Below are positions 19,014 through 28,396 of a stretch of DNA of 64,000 nucleotides, piece by piece. Where the stretch lies: IMG/VR virus record IMGVR_UViG_3300030330_005471. The stretch is one strand, 5' to 3'. Below the pieces are notes generated by a model. It saw nothing but the letters and a program-made list of their open reading frames with translations. It made no database searches and was not told where the DNA came from. The DNA comes from a virus. Taxonomy: Duplodnaviria > Caudoviricetes. Within the stretch, counting starts at the first letter, position 1; each line of letters starts with the position of its first letter. Both the position numbers and the translations under genes were made by a program.

Positions 19014-20437
19014 CATGGTTTAACAAAACAACAAAGACCTATTCCGGAGAGACTGATCTCGATCAAGGAACAGATGGTTCAAGTGAATACTTGAAGTCTA
19101 GAAAGATTCGGCTTATAATAGGTCATCATAACACAGGAGCAACAATCTCCTTTAAACCCTTTTTGACTGGCTATTCGATGGCATTGAGCAGTAAACAGAT
19201 TGACAAGACAAACGAATATCTGAGATTAACAAAGCAAAATATCTTCGCAACAGATTCTCTTGGTATTGATGTAACTTTTTCATTAGACTTGTTAGCACAT
19301 TCTGTCAATGAAGCAAAAGTCAACATGATGAGAATAAACGAATTGGAACACATGCATAAGTCAGTAGTGCCAAATGATGAAAATGGAAATTTTTACTTAA
19401 TGAATATCTACTATGTTTCTTTCGCAAACATTTTAACAGCAAAATATACCAGCAAACAGACCATATCCAACATGACCCAATTAAAACAAATTGGAGTTCC
19501 TTGTTTCATGGAAGGTTTTACATTCTCCATAGATAAAGAAATGGGAATGTTTGAACATAATGGGTCCCTATATCCAAAAAAATATAGTTTGGAATTAAAG
19601 TTTAAGATCTCAAACGCAGCCTATAAAGAAGCGCAACCCACAACCAAAGTTGAATATCTATGGCTTCCTCTTCTAGAAGAGATCAATAGTCATTATGATG
19701 AAGATATCAAAACTTTTCCTTTCGGAATAACTAGTCCGAAGGGTAGAAGAGGAACTGATGGTGCTGACGAGTGGAGTTCAAATCATGGAGCACATATCTA
19801 TATTGGTGGAACTTCTAATCGTTTCTTTCAAAAATTCAAGCCTTACCTAGACTCTTTCAGTTGGACATATACCCACAGTAATTTAAAAATAGAAGAAGAA
19901 AAGTTTGTCGGAGGAGGCTTAAGATATCAAGGTGGTGGGGGAGAAACTCTTTTAGAACATAAGGTGTCTTTTTCTGTCTTGAGTCATAGTGTTAACGAAG
20001 CGATAAATAATATGTGGAAATTACAAATGCTTATCAGATTAGCTGATCAATTCTACCCACAATATCTCTCCGATGGTGAGTTAGAGTGGAGCAACGATTA
20101 TCCAGACGCACCAACAATATATTTCAAATTTAATGATATAAATTCCAGCCAAAAAAACAGCACAATAAATTCTTGGGATGATCTTTATTTGGCATCAAAA
20201 AAATACTATATGAAGGGTATCTCTTTTAACTTTGATATATCAATGGGAATGTTCGAACACAAAGGAATGCTTTATTTTAAAAAATATGATGTCTCTCTTG
20301 ATTTGAAAAGAGTAAGTGCTGGAACCGGTAAGTGGCGAACAGAAACTAGCTGGTATGGGAAAGATAAGCCCGAGCTTAAGCAAGGTAAAAAACATAAAAA
20401 CTACCACCATGCCATTGACCATCACATATTTAAATAA
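19010..20437 (+). CDS. Baseplate/tube-initiator-like protein with a tandemly duplicated domain
   Basis: Two copies of FKPxL..F..HSVNEA..NM..MGMFEHxGxLYxKKY; ATGA overlap with tape measure stop. Confidence 0.6.
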   Translation: MTWFNKTTKTYSGETDLDQGTDGSSEYLKSRKIRLIIGHHNTGATISFKPFLTGYSMALSSKQIDKTNEYLRLTKQNIFATDSLGIDVTFSLDLLAHSVNEAKVNMMRINELEHMHKSVVPNDENGNFYLMNIYYVSFANILTAKYTSKQTISNMTQLKQIGVPCFMEGFTFSIDKEMGMFEHNGSLYPKKYSLELKFKISNAAYKEAQPTTKVEYLWLPLLEEINSHYDEDIKTFPFGITSPKGRRGTDGADEWSSNHGAHIYIGGTSNRFFQKFKPYLDSFSWTYTHSNLKIEEEKFVGGGLRYQGGGGETLLEHKVSFSVLSHSVNEAINNMWKLQMLIRLADQFYPQYLSDGELEWSNDYPDAPTIYFKFNDINSSQKNSTINSWDDLYLASKKYYMKGISFNFDISMGMFEHKGMLYFKKYDVSLDLKRVSAGTGKWRTETSWYGKDKPELKQGKKHKNYHHAIDHHIFK

Positions 20438-20449
20438 AAGGAAAATACC

Positions 20450-20770
20450 ATGCCAGAATATTCACAACAAATAGTAAAAAATGATGATGAAGTTTACGAC
20501 TTCTTGTTTCAACCAAGAGGAATACCTTATGCTATTCAATACAAAACAAAAGTGTTTTCAAAAGATATCAAAGAAGTTAATATTCGAGTTTATAAGCACA
20601 CTTGGAAACAAGGCGATAAATTATACAAATTGGCTGCGAAACACTATAGAACATTCAAATACTGGTGGGTTATCGCAATCGCCAATAAAATCTCCTCAGA
20701 AGCAGATCTGGATTATGGAGATCAAATTGTAATTCCAATAAGAGCGGAAGACATAATAAACAATATTTAA
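20450..20770 (+). CDS. LysM-like baseplate wedge protein (gp53/tail X-like)
   Basis: HTWKQGDKLYKLAAKHY..YWWVIAIANKI..GDQIVIP. Confidence 0.8.
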   Translation: MPEYSQQIVKNDDEVYDFLFQPRGIPYAIQYKTKVFSKDIKEVNIRVYKHTWKQGDKLYKLAAKHYRTFKYWWVIAIANKISSEADLDYGDQIVIPIRAEDIINNI

Positions 20771-20779
20771 GGAAAAACC

Positions 20780-23700
20780 ATGGCAGATCCAGTCAATTTA
20801 GATGCAGTACTAAAGAAAGTTGAAAATAAAGAACCTCTCAGTACCGAAGAACATAAAGCACTTAATGATGCTTGGGCAATTACGGATGAAACGGAGCTTG
20901 TCATCAGCAACGGAGAAGAGTATGAGAGTCTTCAGTCCTTAGAATCATCCGATGGAGGTGTTGTTGTATTTGAAGACGATATCGAAAGAGCCTTGGCTAT
21001 AGGCGATGAAAAAACGTTTGCTGAAAAGTTAGCTGCTGAAGGAGAAAAAGTAGGAAAACATCTAGGAAATAAACACAAAGATGATGGTACGCCTTTAACA
21101 AAGGAGGAAGCATTAAACATTTGGAACTCTTTAACGACCGAGTCAAAAAAAGAAATATATAAAGGATATTTTGATGATGGATCATTATATACATCTATGG
21201 ATGACGCTCTGCAAAGGGCAAAGAATGAACAAGCCGACACACAGATGGGTATTTGGGCAACTGCTGGTGCTGCTTATGGACTTACCAATACAAAAGATAA
21301 TCTACAGCAAGCACAACAAGCAGCTCTCGACGGAAACGCAAATAAACCAGCGGCTTCACCTTCCGAAGAAGACGATGAGGATAAAAAGAACGAAGTACTT
21401 GGAGAAGGCAATGGGATTCTGTTTCAATGTTATTTATTAAACGGTGTTACTCAAATAACAAACGAATTTAATAGTTCCAACGATGGGACATACGCAGATC
21501 GTTTACGAAGAATAAGATTAGATCGTCCAGAAAAGTTCTTTAACTCAATGGGTTTTCCAAAAGATGGAGAAAGGTTATATCAAGTAAACAGTGGATACAC
21601 AGCAAAACCAGACTTTGATTTATATCTTGTCAAAGGTGGTGACAAGATAGATCTTAAAGAGTCAATGAAAAAACAATCAACAGGTGCTAAGCCAAAAATC
21701 AGTTCAATAAACGTTAGCTTTAACGGAACCGATCCGGCATCAGCTAGAAGTGACATTAAGGTTGACATAGAAATCACAATAAAATCTAATTTGTCAATTT
21801 TGGGAAAGAACTTTGACAAAGTACGTGTATTACAAAATGGAAAGTGGAAAACAATACCACAAAACCCAAGCGCAGAAACTGCTCACAAAATTATGGACAT
21901 GGTTGTAAGACCAGAGTTCATAAGAGAGGGCGGAGATATTAAGGCATACGAAAGAAGCCAATATCATCCAGAATACAATCGATGTGAATTGGTGTTGACA
22001 TCTGTTTTTGATCACAAAGAAAATGAAAAGATAAAAAACTCTGTTAGCTTTGGACTAACCATGGTAGATCATGAAGTAGATTACTCAATAACACCAGCAG
22101 AAGGACCAGTTGTAAAATTGAGACTTAGCTATTATTCATACGTTCAATCGTATTTAAATCTTCCATACATGGATGTACTTGGTGGAAAAGAAGTGTTGAA
22201 TAGGCGTATGCAAAGAGAAAAAACAATTCAAATTGCTGTTGGAGAAGGTTGTGACGAAGCTTCGATCCACAGAGCAAAAAAAGCAATGAAATCAGCTAAC
22301 GTAGCAGAAATACAAAACTCCAAAACAAGAATATTTGAAGAACTGAAAGAACAGAAGCTTATATGGAGAACCGATGTTTCAGACAGTGAACTTGAGAAGG
22401 TTCGAAAAGCAACAGAAAAAGGAGAAGTTGGATTCTACGGAAATAAACTACAAAAAGGTTATGAGATAGTTAAGTCTGAAGAGGGAGAGATTGATAAGGA
22501 AACTTTGGATTACTCAACAGGATCAAGCGGGAATGCAAAAAAATATATTTATTTTGTTTCTCTCGGAGATTTGATATGCTCATTGGCAGATATATTTTAT
22601 GAAAACAAATATCCAGCTTCCGGCGGCTATGATTCAAATTTTGTTGGAAAACTTGAGATAAAATTTTTGCTTTTAGACATTTTAGTTAAAAATCCGGAAG
22701 GCAAAGATGTTAAAGTAAATCTAGCAGACATTCCAATATCAATGGAGTTTCTTGGAGACTTTCTTCTCGAGAACTACTTCAAGAAAGAGGTTCAATATGC
22801 ATCTTTCATGACGTTTATTCGCAATCTTGTCGAAAAAGCTGTTTCAAATATGCTTAAAAAGACTTGTTTCATGGAAAAGCCTTGGAGTGGCAACGTTCGA
22901 GTAACAAGTTTTCGAGCGTTAAAGACGTCGTGGGAAAGTTTATCAGTAGATGAAAAATATGTTCCCGGCAGTAAATTGAAAAACATCGGAGCCCAAATGG
23001 GAGGCATTGATAGATCCGAAGATGATTATTATACATATATCATAGTGCATGCATCAAACCAAAACTACCAATCAGAACTTATAAAATCAGTTTCCAAAAG
23101 AAGCTCGGATGTTGAGAAAGAATTTCCAATCTTGCGAGATATGGGAAAAGCAAAAACAGGCGCCGATGGTGCTGCGATCCCGAAAGGAACGGAAAATCCC
23201 GTATATGGTACAGATATTGGCTGTTTTTTATCATTCAAAAAGACAGATTCAACAGGACTCAGAGAAAGTAGATACTTTCAATATCAAGCCGATGAATTTG
23301 TAGCAATTGGTAACGTTTACGATTGTACAATTAACTTTAAAAACAATTTATTAAATTGGTTTCTTCCCGGTCACATTGTCATAGTAGATCCGTATGTTGG
23401 AACAGACGCTCGTGCATGGAACGATGCGAAATCAATAGGTAACAGGTTAGGGCTTACCGGTTTTTATCTTGTAACTAAAGTTGAGCACAAATATGGAGGT
23501 GAGGATTCTTCGTTTTGGGACACTACACTGCAAACGAAGTGGATAGCTAGCGTGACGGGAAATATTAGAGGAAGAAAAGGGGCTATTCAAAACATCAACG
23601 ACGGACCCAAGGGATGTGATATCAATATATTTGCCGATGAATTAAGTGCAGATAGTGTATTAATTTCGACGACACCACCGGCTAAAGAGAACCCTCCCAG

Positions 23701-23962
23701 TGTTGCAGAAGAACAAAACACACAGCCCACCGAAGAACCTGCCACAGAACCGAGTACAGAACCGAGTCAGGAACCAACAACAGAGCCAACTTCAGAACCT
23801 AAAACAATAAAGCAACAAACATCAAAGCAACAAACACCAAATATTCCGGAGACGAAGACGCCTGTGAAAAAGCCAGAACCTGAGCAAGATAAGAAAAAGA
23901 AGGACAATCCCGGAAAGGAATTAAAGGCTTCTGATGGCACTGAAGCGCCAGTACTCGAATAA
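20780..23962 (+). CDS. Large baseplate hub-like structural protein with Pro/Thr/Glu-rich tail
   Basis: C-terminal PGHIVIVD..LTGFYLVTKVEHKY..TTLQTKW hub-type signature; position after LysM gene. Confidence 0.55.
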   Translation: MADPVNLDAVLKKVENKEPLSTEEHKALNDAWAITDETELVISNGEEYESLQSLESSDGGVVVFEDDIERALAIGDEKTFAEKLAAEGEKVGKHLGNKHKDDGTPLTKEEALNIWNSLTTESKKEIYKGYFDDGSLYTSMDDALQRAKNEQADTQMGIWATAGAAYGLTNTKDNLQQAQQAALDGNANKPAASPSEEDDEDKKNEVLGEGNGILFQCYLLNGVTQITNEFNSSNDGTYADRLRRIRLDRPEKFFNSMGFPKDGERLYQVNSGYTAKPDFDLYLVKGGDKIDLKESMKKQSTGAKPKISSINVSFNGTDPASARSDIKVDIEITIKSNLSILGKNFDKVRVLQNGKWKTIPQNPSAETAHKIMDMVVRPEFIREGGDIKAYERSQYHPEYNRCELVLTSVFDHKENEKIKNSVSFGLTMVDHEVDYSITPAEGPVVKLRLSYYSYVQSYLNLPYMDVLGGKEVLNRRMQREKTIQIAVGEGCDEASIHRAKKAMKSANVAEIQNSKTRIFEELKEQKLIWRTDVSDSELEKVRKATEKGEVGFYGNKLQKGYEIVKSEEGEIDKETLDYSTGSSGNAKKYIYFVSLGDLICSLADIFYENKYPASGGYDSNFVGKLEIKFLLLDILVKNPEGKDVKVNLADIPISMEFLGDFLLENYFKKEVQYASFMTFIRNLVEKAVSNMLKKTCFMEKPWSGNVRVTSFRALKTSWESLSVDEKYVPGSKLKNIGAQMGGIDRSEDDYYTYIIVHASNQNYQSELIKSVSKRSSDVEKEFPILRDMGKAKTGADGAAIPKGTENPVYGTDIGCFLSFKKTDSTGLRESRYFQYQADEFVAIGNVYDCTINFKNNLLNWFLPGHIVIVDPYVGTDARAWNDAKSIGNRLGLTGFYLVTKVEHKYGGEDSSFWDTTLQTKWIASVTGNIRGRKGAIQNINDGPKGCDINIFADELSADSVLISTTPPAKENPPSVAEEQNTQPTEEPATEPSTEPSQEPTTEPTSEPKTIKQQTSKQQTPNIPETKTPVKKPEPEQDKKKKDNPGKELKASDGTEAPVLE

Positions 23963-23974
23963 GGAAAACAAACC

Positions 23975-25255
23975 ATGACTAAATTTAACGGTTCAAATAA
24001 AACAAAATCATCATTTGAGGCTTACTTCAACAGAACCAAATGGAACAGTGAAGCATATGATACAGACATATTAGACCCTCAGACAAACAAAAACGAACAG
24101 ATCGAGCCAATAGTGTCGAAAAAATTTAATCTTTCCGAACGGCATTTGTTTGGGCTTGTGAATTACGAAGGAAAACCGGTTGAGCCAATGACAGCATATT
24201 TGGAATCGTTTCCGTTAAAAATGGCCAAGGAAGAACTCAAGTCAGTATTCCCGTTTTTTAAGAATCAAATCTTAGACCTTAAGAAGGTGCTAGACAAAAC
24301 AAAACTTATTAATGTTTCTCAAAACAATAAATGGATAAACAATATCACAATTTATCGAGCATATGACCCTCCTCAAGAATTGTATACACAATATCTATCA
24401 ACAATAGTCTCAGACTTTGTCGATAATGGCATAAATGCCGAAGATGATATTGGTAAAAGGTTCCGCTCTTACAATATAACACATTTTGAGAGCTTTGTCA
24501 ACAATTTTTTATCTTTTTGTGAGATAAAATATGAAAAACAACCAATATTGTATAGCACATGGTATCTATCTGGTAGAAATTCGATGTATTCATCAGGACT
24601 TAGAGTGAAGATAAGTGATCTTGAGTACGGAGAAGACCAACCATTGTATAGTCAGTTAATAAACACACCAGAATTTGAGTGCTACAAAAAAGCCGTTAAG
24701 TCAGTTGGCCTTGCCTTTGACTTTAATGACCCATCGGTCTTGGTACCAGACTTCGGTTCTCCAGCGATAGAACCATATTTATCTTCTCAAACTAATATAT
24801 TTACTTATTATAGATCTACCAATTATAATGATTATAATTTATTATATAATATATTAATTAATTTATATAATTTATATACAACTAAACAACAGTTTGTAAT
24901 TAAATTCTCAGATTCATGTGGTAAATTAAAATGGGATTTTAAAAAGTTATTTATTGCTCCAATCAATCCAGAATTAAATGATCTTTCGATATATCTTAAA
25001 TTAAAATCAATCGAGGATCCTTCATTAAACAACCGTCAGCTCGCAACTCTTAAAAAAAATGCGGAATTCTTTCAAAAAAGATTTGACAACCAAACCTCAA
25101 TAGGATATATTAATGATATCTACTTGAATTTGTATTATTCAAAACCATTTTCGTTTAAAGATCTTTACAATAAAGTACTTTTACGAGAACAGAAGAAACA
25201 AGAACAAATAGGTACCAGCATATTCGGAGGTAAGCATGGTATTTCAGGTTATTGA
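23975..25255 (+). CDS. Hypothetical protein, last gene of structural module
   Basis: 426 aa ORF with RBS; no motif recognised. Confidence 0.6.
   Translation: MTKFNGSNKTKSSFEAYFNRTKWNSEAYDTDILDPQTNKNEQIEPIVSKKFNLSERHLFGLVNYEGKPVEPMTAYLESFPLKMAKEELKSVFPFFKNQILDLKKVLDKTKLINVSQNNKWINNITIYRAYDPPQELYTQYLSTIVSDFVDNGINAEDDIGKRFRSYNITHFESFVNNFLSFCEIKYEKQPILYSTWYLSGRNSMYSSGLRVKISDLEYGEDQPLYSQLINTPEFECYKKAVKSVGLAFDFNDPSVLVPDFGSPAIEPYLSSQTNIFTYYRSTNYNDYNLLYNILINLYNLYTTKQQFVIKFSDSCGKLKWDFKKLFIAPINPELNDLSIYLKLKSIEDPSLNNRQLATLKKNAEFFQKRFDNQTSIGYINDIYLNLYYSKPFSFKDLYNKVLLREQKKQEQIGTSIFGGKHGISGY
25083..25111 (+). promoter_or_regulatory. sigma70-like early promoter for the polA gene
   Basis: TTGACA-17-TATATT inside upstream CDS. 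Confidence 0.6.
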
Positions 25256-26423
25256 CGACAAAAAAGAGTGCTTAGGGTATTTCTCAAATGGAAAATTGAG
25301 GTTTCGCAAACCAAATGATACTCTAACCGCTACTTGGGATTGGTCATCCCACATTGGAGATCTCGATGTTCAGTTGGCAAGAATATATGCCGACGGAAAG
25401 AGCATTTCCGAAGCGTGTCCCGAACATCTCAAAACGAGATGGGAGACGCATGAGAGAAGAATAAAAGCACATATTCGTTCATTCATCCATTCGGGTGTCA
25501 ATATGGAAGATGTTTGTTTTTATGACCTCGTACCAGAGAGACATGTTGCTCATTACTACGAAACTCTCAATGAAATAACCGAATGGGTTCTTCAAAACAA
25601 TGACAGACCCCGTCATTATCGCTTACTTCACGACACAACAGTAATGTGTAAAGAAATAGCTAACCAAGAGGTGAGAGTGGATTGGCCTCTTCTCAAGAAA
25701 TACGCAAAAACCGATCAAAAAGCTTTTCATATTGCTAAGCGATATTGGGAACAAAAAGTTTTTGTTAAATATAACCCTTATGGAACGGTCACAGGCCGTT
25801 TGGGACTTGAGGAGGGGTCTTTCCCCATCCTTAACTTTAAGAAAGAAATAAGAGACGTTATCGTCCCTAAATGGGACGGTTTTGTTGAGCTTGACTTCAA
25901 TGGTGCCGAGTTAAGGACCCTACTACACCTCTCCGGGCACCCACAACCCACAGGAGACATTCATGATTTCAATCAAAGCCACATTTTTAATGATAATATT
26001 TCTCGAGATGATGCGAAGACAAAGATCTTTGCATGGTTATACAACCCGACTTCAAAAGCAGTTGACACTGAGTACTACGATAAATCGAAAGTATTGGAGA
26101 AGTGCTATAATGATGGAGTTGTCACTACTCCGTTTGGAAGAACAATACCTTCAGATGATTTCCATGCACTCAACTATCTCATACAATCAACTTCGTCGGA
26201 CAATTTCCTTGATAGGGCAAACGCCATCCATCGATTCTGTCGAAACCTCAAAACAAATGTAGCGTTCCTTGTGCACGATTCAATTATATTAGATGTTCAC
26301 GCATCTGAACGAGACGAGATAAGAAAACTTATTGAGATATTCTCCGATACAAAACTTGGAGAGTTCAAGGTAAACGTTTCAATGGGCAAAACCCTTGGAT
26401 CAATGGAGAAAGTACAAGGGTGA
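25236..26423 (+). CDS. polA: Compact family A DNA polymerase
   Basis: GTVTGRL; motif A ELDFNGAELR; motif B RDDAKTKIFAWLY; ALNYLIQST; motif C VHDS. Confidence 0.85.
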   Translation: MVFQVIDDKKECLGYFSNGKLRFRKPNDTLTATWDWSSHIGDLDVQLARIYADGKSISEACPEHLKTRWETHERRIKAHIRSFIHSGVNMEDVCFYDLVPERHVAHYYETLNEITEWVLQNNDRPRHYRLLHDTTVMCKEIANQEVRVDWPLLKKYAKTDQKAFHIAKRYWEQKVFVKYNPYGTVTGRLGLEEGSFPILNFKKEIRDVIVPKWDGFVELDFNGAELRTLLHLSGHPQPTGDIHDFNQSHIFNDNISRDDAKTKIFAWLYNPTSKAVDTEYYDKSKVLEKCYNDGVVTTPFGRTIPSDDFHALNYLIQSTSSDNFLDRANAIHRFCRNLKTNVAFLVHDSIILDVHASERDEIRKLIEIFSDTKLGEFKVNVSMGKTLGSMEKVQG

Positions 26424-26448
26424 TTTTACAAAAAAAGGAGAAAAGACA

Positions 26449-27258
26449 ATGGTGATTATAGGACTTGGTGAAGCAGGAAAAAACATATGCTCTAAAATGC
26501 CCAAAAACGGCAACATACGGACAATAGTTGTCGACGGGGGTAAACACCTTCCGAAGTGTTCAACACACGAAGAATACGAAGCTAGCGTCCCTAAGATGGC
26601 AAATAAGCTTAAGCTTGGCAAACAACAAGATATCTGGCTCATCACAGCAGGAGCTGGCAAGGTTTCTGGTGCATGTTTGGCAATATTGGAACAACTTAAA
26701 GACCGAATAATAAATGTAATCCATATCTCGTCCGATCCTATTCTTCTTTCAAAGACTCAAGTAAAACAAGAACGAGTGGTTTTCAATGTTTTACAGCAAT
26801 ATGCAAGGTCTGGCATGATAGATGGTTTGTGGTTGTTCTCAAACCCTCAAATTGAAGAGTTCGTTGGAGAAGGTTCAATCGAGAACTATTATGACAATAT
26901 TGACAATGCGATCGTCAACTTTATTTCAAACTATGGATATTTCTCAAATACCGAACCGTTTATGGGATCGCATCATGAGCCCAAGGAGATCTCCCGAATT
27001 CGTACCGTGAGTCTCGGAAACATAGAAAATAATCAAGAAAATTTATATTTTTTACTTGACAACATAACAGAATCATGTTATTATTATAGTGTAAGTGAAG
27101 AGGATAAAAAAAATAACAAAAACTTCTTGACAAATGTTAAGAAACATGTTATAATAGATAAAGAGAAAAACATTGAGTCATCATTTGGCTTATGGGAAAA
27201 CTCTTCCAACTTCTCTTATTTTTATTCAGTAAAATATACACACTATATCCAAGAATAA
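26449..27258 (+). CDS. Divergent tubulin/FtsZ/PhuZ-like protein
   Basis: IIGLGEAGKNI N-terminal loop; degenerate signature AGAGKVSG; ATG 26449 after GGAG. Confidence 0.6.
   Translation: MVIIGLGEAGKNICSKMPKNGNIRTIVVDGGKHLPKCSTHEEYEASVPKMANKLKLGKQQDIWLITAGAGKVSGACLAILEQLKDRIINVIHISSDPILLSKTQVKQERVVFNVLQQYARSGMIDGLWLFSNPQIEEFVGEGSIENYYDNIDNAIVNFISNYGYFSNTEPFMGSHHEPKEISRIRTVSLGNIENNQENLYFLLDNITESCYYYSVSEEDKKNNKNFLTNVKKHVIIDKEKNIESSFGLWENSSNFSYFYSVKYTHYIQE
27056..27155 (+). promoter_or_regulatory. Two sigma70-like promoters inside the tubulin-like CDS
   Basis: TTGACA(27056)-17-TATTAT and TTGACA(27127)-17-TATAAT, both with TG extended -10. Confidence 0.7.
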
Positions 27259-27310
27259 AAAAAATAAAAAAATAATTTGACAAACTTAACAAAGTATGTT
27301 ATAATATAAA
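27257..27310 (+). repeat. Promoter direct repeat, copy 1 (A8TA7 UP element + TTGACA-17-TATAAT)
   Basis: 53/54 identical to 27739-27792. Confidence 0.92.
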
Positions 27311-27324
27311 ATATCGGAGACACA

Positions 27325-27762
27325 ATGTATAGAGACACATCAAATCGTTCTGGTGATAAGAACCAGACAATAGTTAAACTCGACCTCATTAACAAAGGTT
27401 GGATCATTCTAGAACCTAGTTCCAGAGACTCAATCTATGACTTAGTGGTTGATCGAGGAAACGGAATGTTTGAAAGAGTTCAGGTCAAAACAATGTCCAA
27501 CAACTCTATCTCTAAAATTATTGATCGCTCTGGTGAAAGAGTTAGTCATAATGGAAAAACAAGAAACTCGATGGATTATGCACAACATGGCATTGAATGG
27601 CTAGTTGGAGTTGATAAAGAGGGAAAAACTTACTACTATCATATCTCAAACTATTCAAAGATCCCAACCAAGTCATTCAGTGTTAATAAGTATAAACCTG
27701 ATTTGTTTCCAAAATTCGACGTTCCAAACAGACACTCGAAAAAAAATAAAAAAATAATTTGA
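27325..27762 (+). CDS. Free-standing PD-(D/E)XK endonuclease (I-Ssp6803I/PDDEXK_5-like)
   Basis: GD..Q..V..DL..KGW.I.EP..IYDLVVDRG..ERVQVKT. Confidence 0.75.
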   Translation: MYRDTSNRSGDKNQTIVKLDLINKGWIILEPSSRDSIYDLVVDRGNGMFERVQVKTMSNNSISKIIDRSGERVSHNGKTRNSMDYAQHGIEWLVGVDKEGKTYYYHISNYSKIPTKSFSVNKYKPDLFPKFDVPNRHSKKNKKII

Positions 27763-27792
27763 CAAACTTAACAAAGTATGTTATATTATAAA
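27739..27792 (+). repeat. Promoter direct repeat, copy 2
   Basis: TTGACA 27759, TATATT 27782; the endonuclease stop codon lies in the -35 box. Confidence 0.92.
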
Positions 27793-27841
27793 TACATTAA
27801 AAAACAAACCTTTATTAAGGTCGCTCTTACATCGCTAAAAT

Positions 27842-27890
27842 AAAAAAAATAAAAAAATAATTTGACAAAATGTTGAAAACATGTTATAAT
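27842..27890 (+). promoter_or_regulatory. sigma70-like promoter with the same A8TA7 UP element
   Basis: TTGACA 27862-17-TATAAT 27885. Confidence 0.88.
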
Positions 27891-27973
27891 AATAACACGA
27901 TGGTTGTTCTGGGAGGTCAACCGAAACTCAACTCTCAAAAACAATTGACATTAACATTATATAAGGAGGAAAT

Positions 27974-28240
27974 ATGTCTACAACTAATACTACTATCATC
28001 AACGCTAACGTTTACACCGGAAGCTTCACAAAGAAAGATGGAACTGTGCGTACAATGCGTTTCTTGAAAGAGAATGCTGTTCCACAACGTCTTCGAGGTT
28101 CTGGAGTAAAGCCACGCTATCTTGACTCAAAGCACGAAGTAGTCTTTGATCTTGACCAAAATGGGTGGAGAGTGTTCAATCACAATACAGTCATTGACTC
28201 ACCAACCTTCAGTAAAGAAGAAGTCACCATCCAAGGGTAG
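27974..28240 (+). CDS. Small SH3/Sm-like (WYL_2/DUF2693-type) protein
   Basis: FTKKDGTVRTM..VFDLDQNGWRVF. Confidence 0.7.
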   Translation: MSTTNTTIINANVYTGSFTKKDGTVRTMRFLKENAVPQRLRGSGVKPRYLDSKHEVVFDLDQNGWRVFNHNTVIDSPTFSKEEVTIQG

Positions 28241-28250
28241 TAACACCTTA

Positions 28251-28370
28251 GTTGTTTGCCAAGATAACCAACGTTGGTAAAAAACTTGGCCCCTTATCTT
28301 CTTATTGGGGTACAAATAGAAGCGAACTCGGTTGGAGGTGATATTTAACCTTCTGCCTTAGACAAACAAG
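28251..28370 (+). ncRNA. Candidate structured cis-regulatory leader of ssb
   Basis: Nested helices ttgtttg/caaacaa, gccaag/cttggc, cccc/gggg with loop pairing to aatagaag, ggaggt/accttc. Confidence 0.5.
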
Positions 28371-28396
28371 TCATTTAAATAACAAAAGGAGAAAAC

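Noticed and set aside
23720-23800. PTEEPATEPSTEPSQEPTTEPTSEP repeat as a separate element
   Set aside because: Low-complexity protein linker within the hub-like gene
27257-27890. Repeats with unique intervening DNA resembling a CRISPR array
   Set aside because: Repeats are promoters; spacing is irregular (482 and 103 bp); no cas genes
27945-27975. Extra TTGACA before the SH3-like gene
   Set aside because: No -10 box at 16-18 bp spacing
27870-28067. 65-aa ORF MLKTCYNNN...
   Set aside because: Starts inside a promoter and overlaps the better-supported 27974 gene
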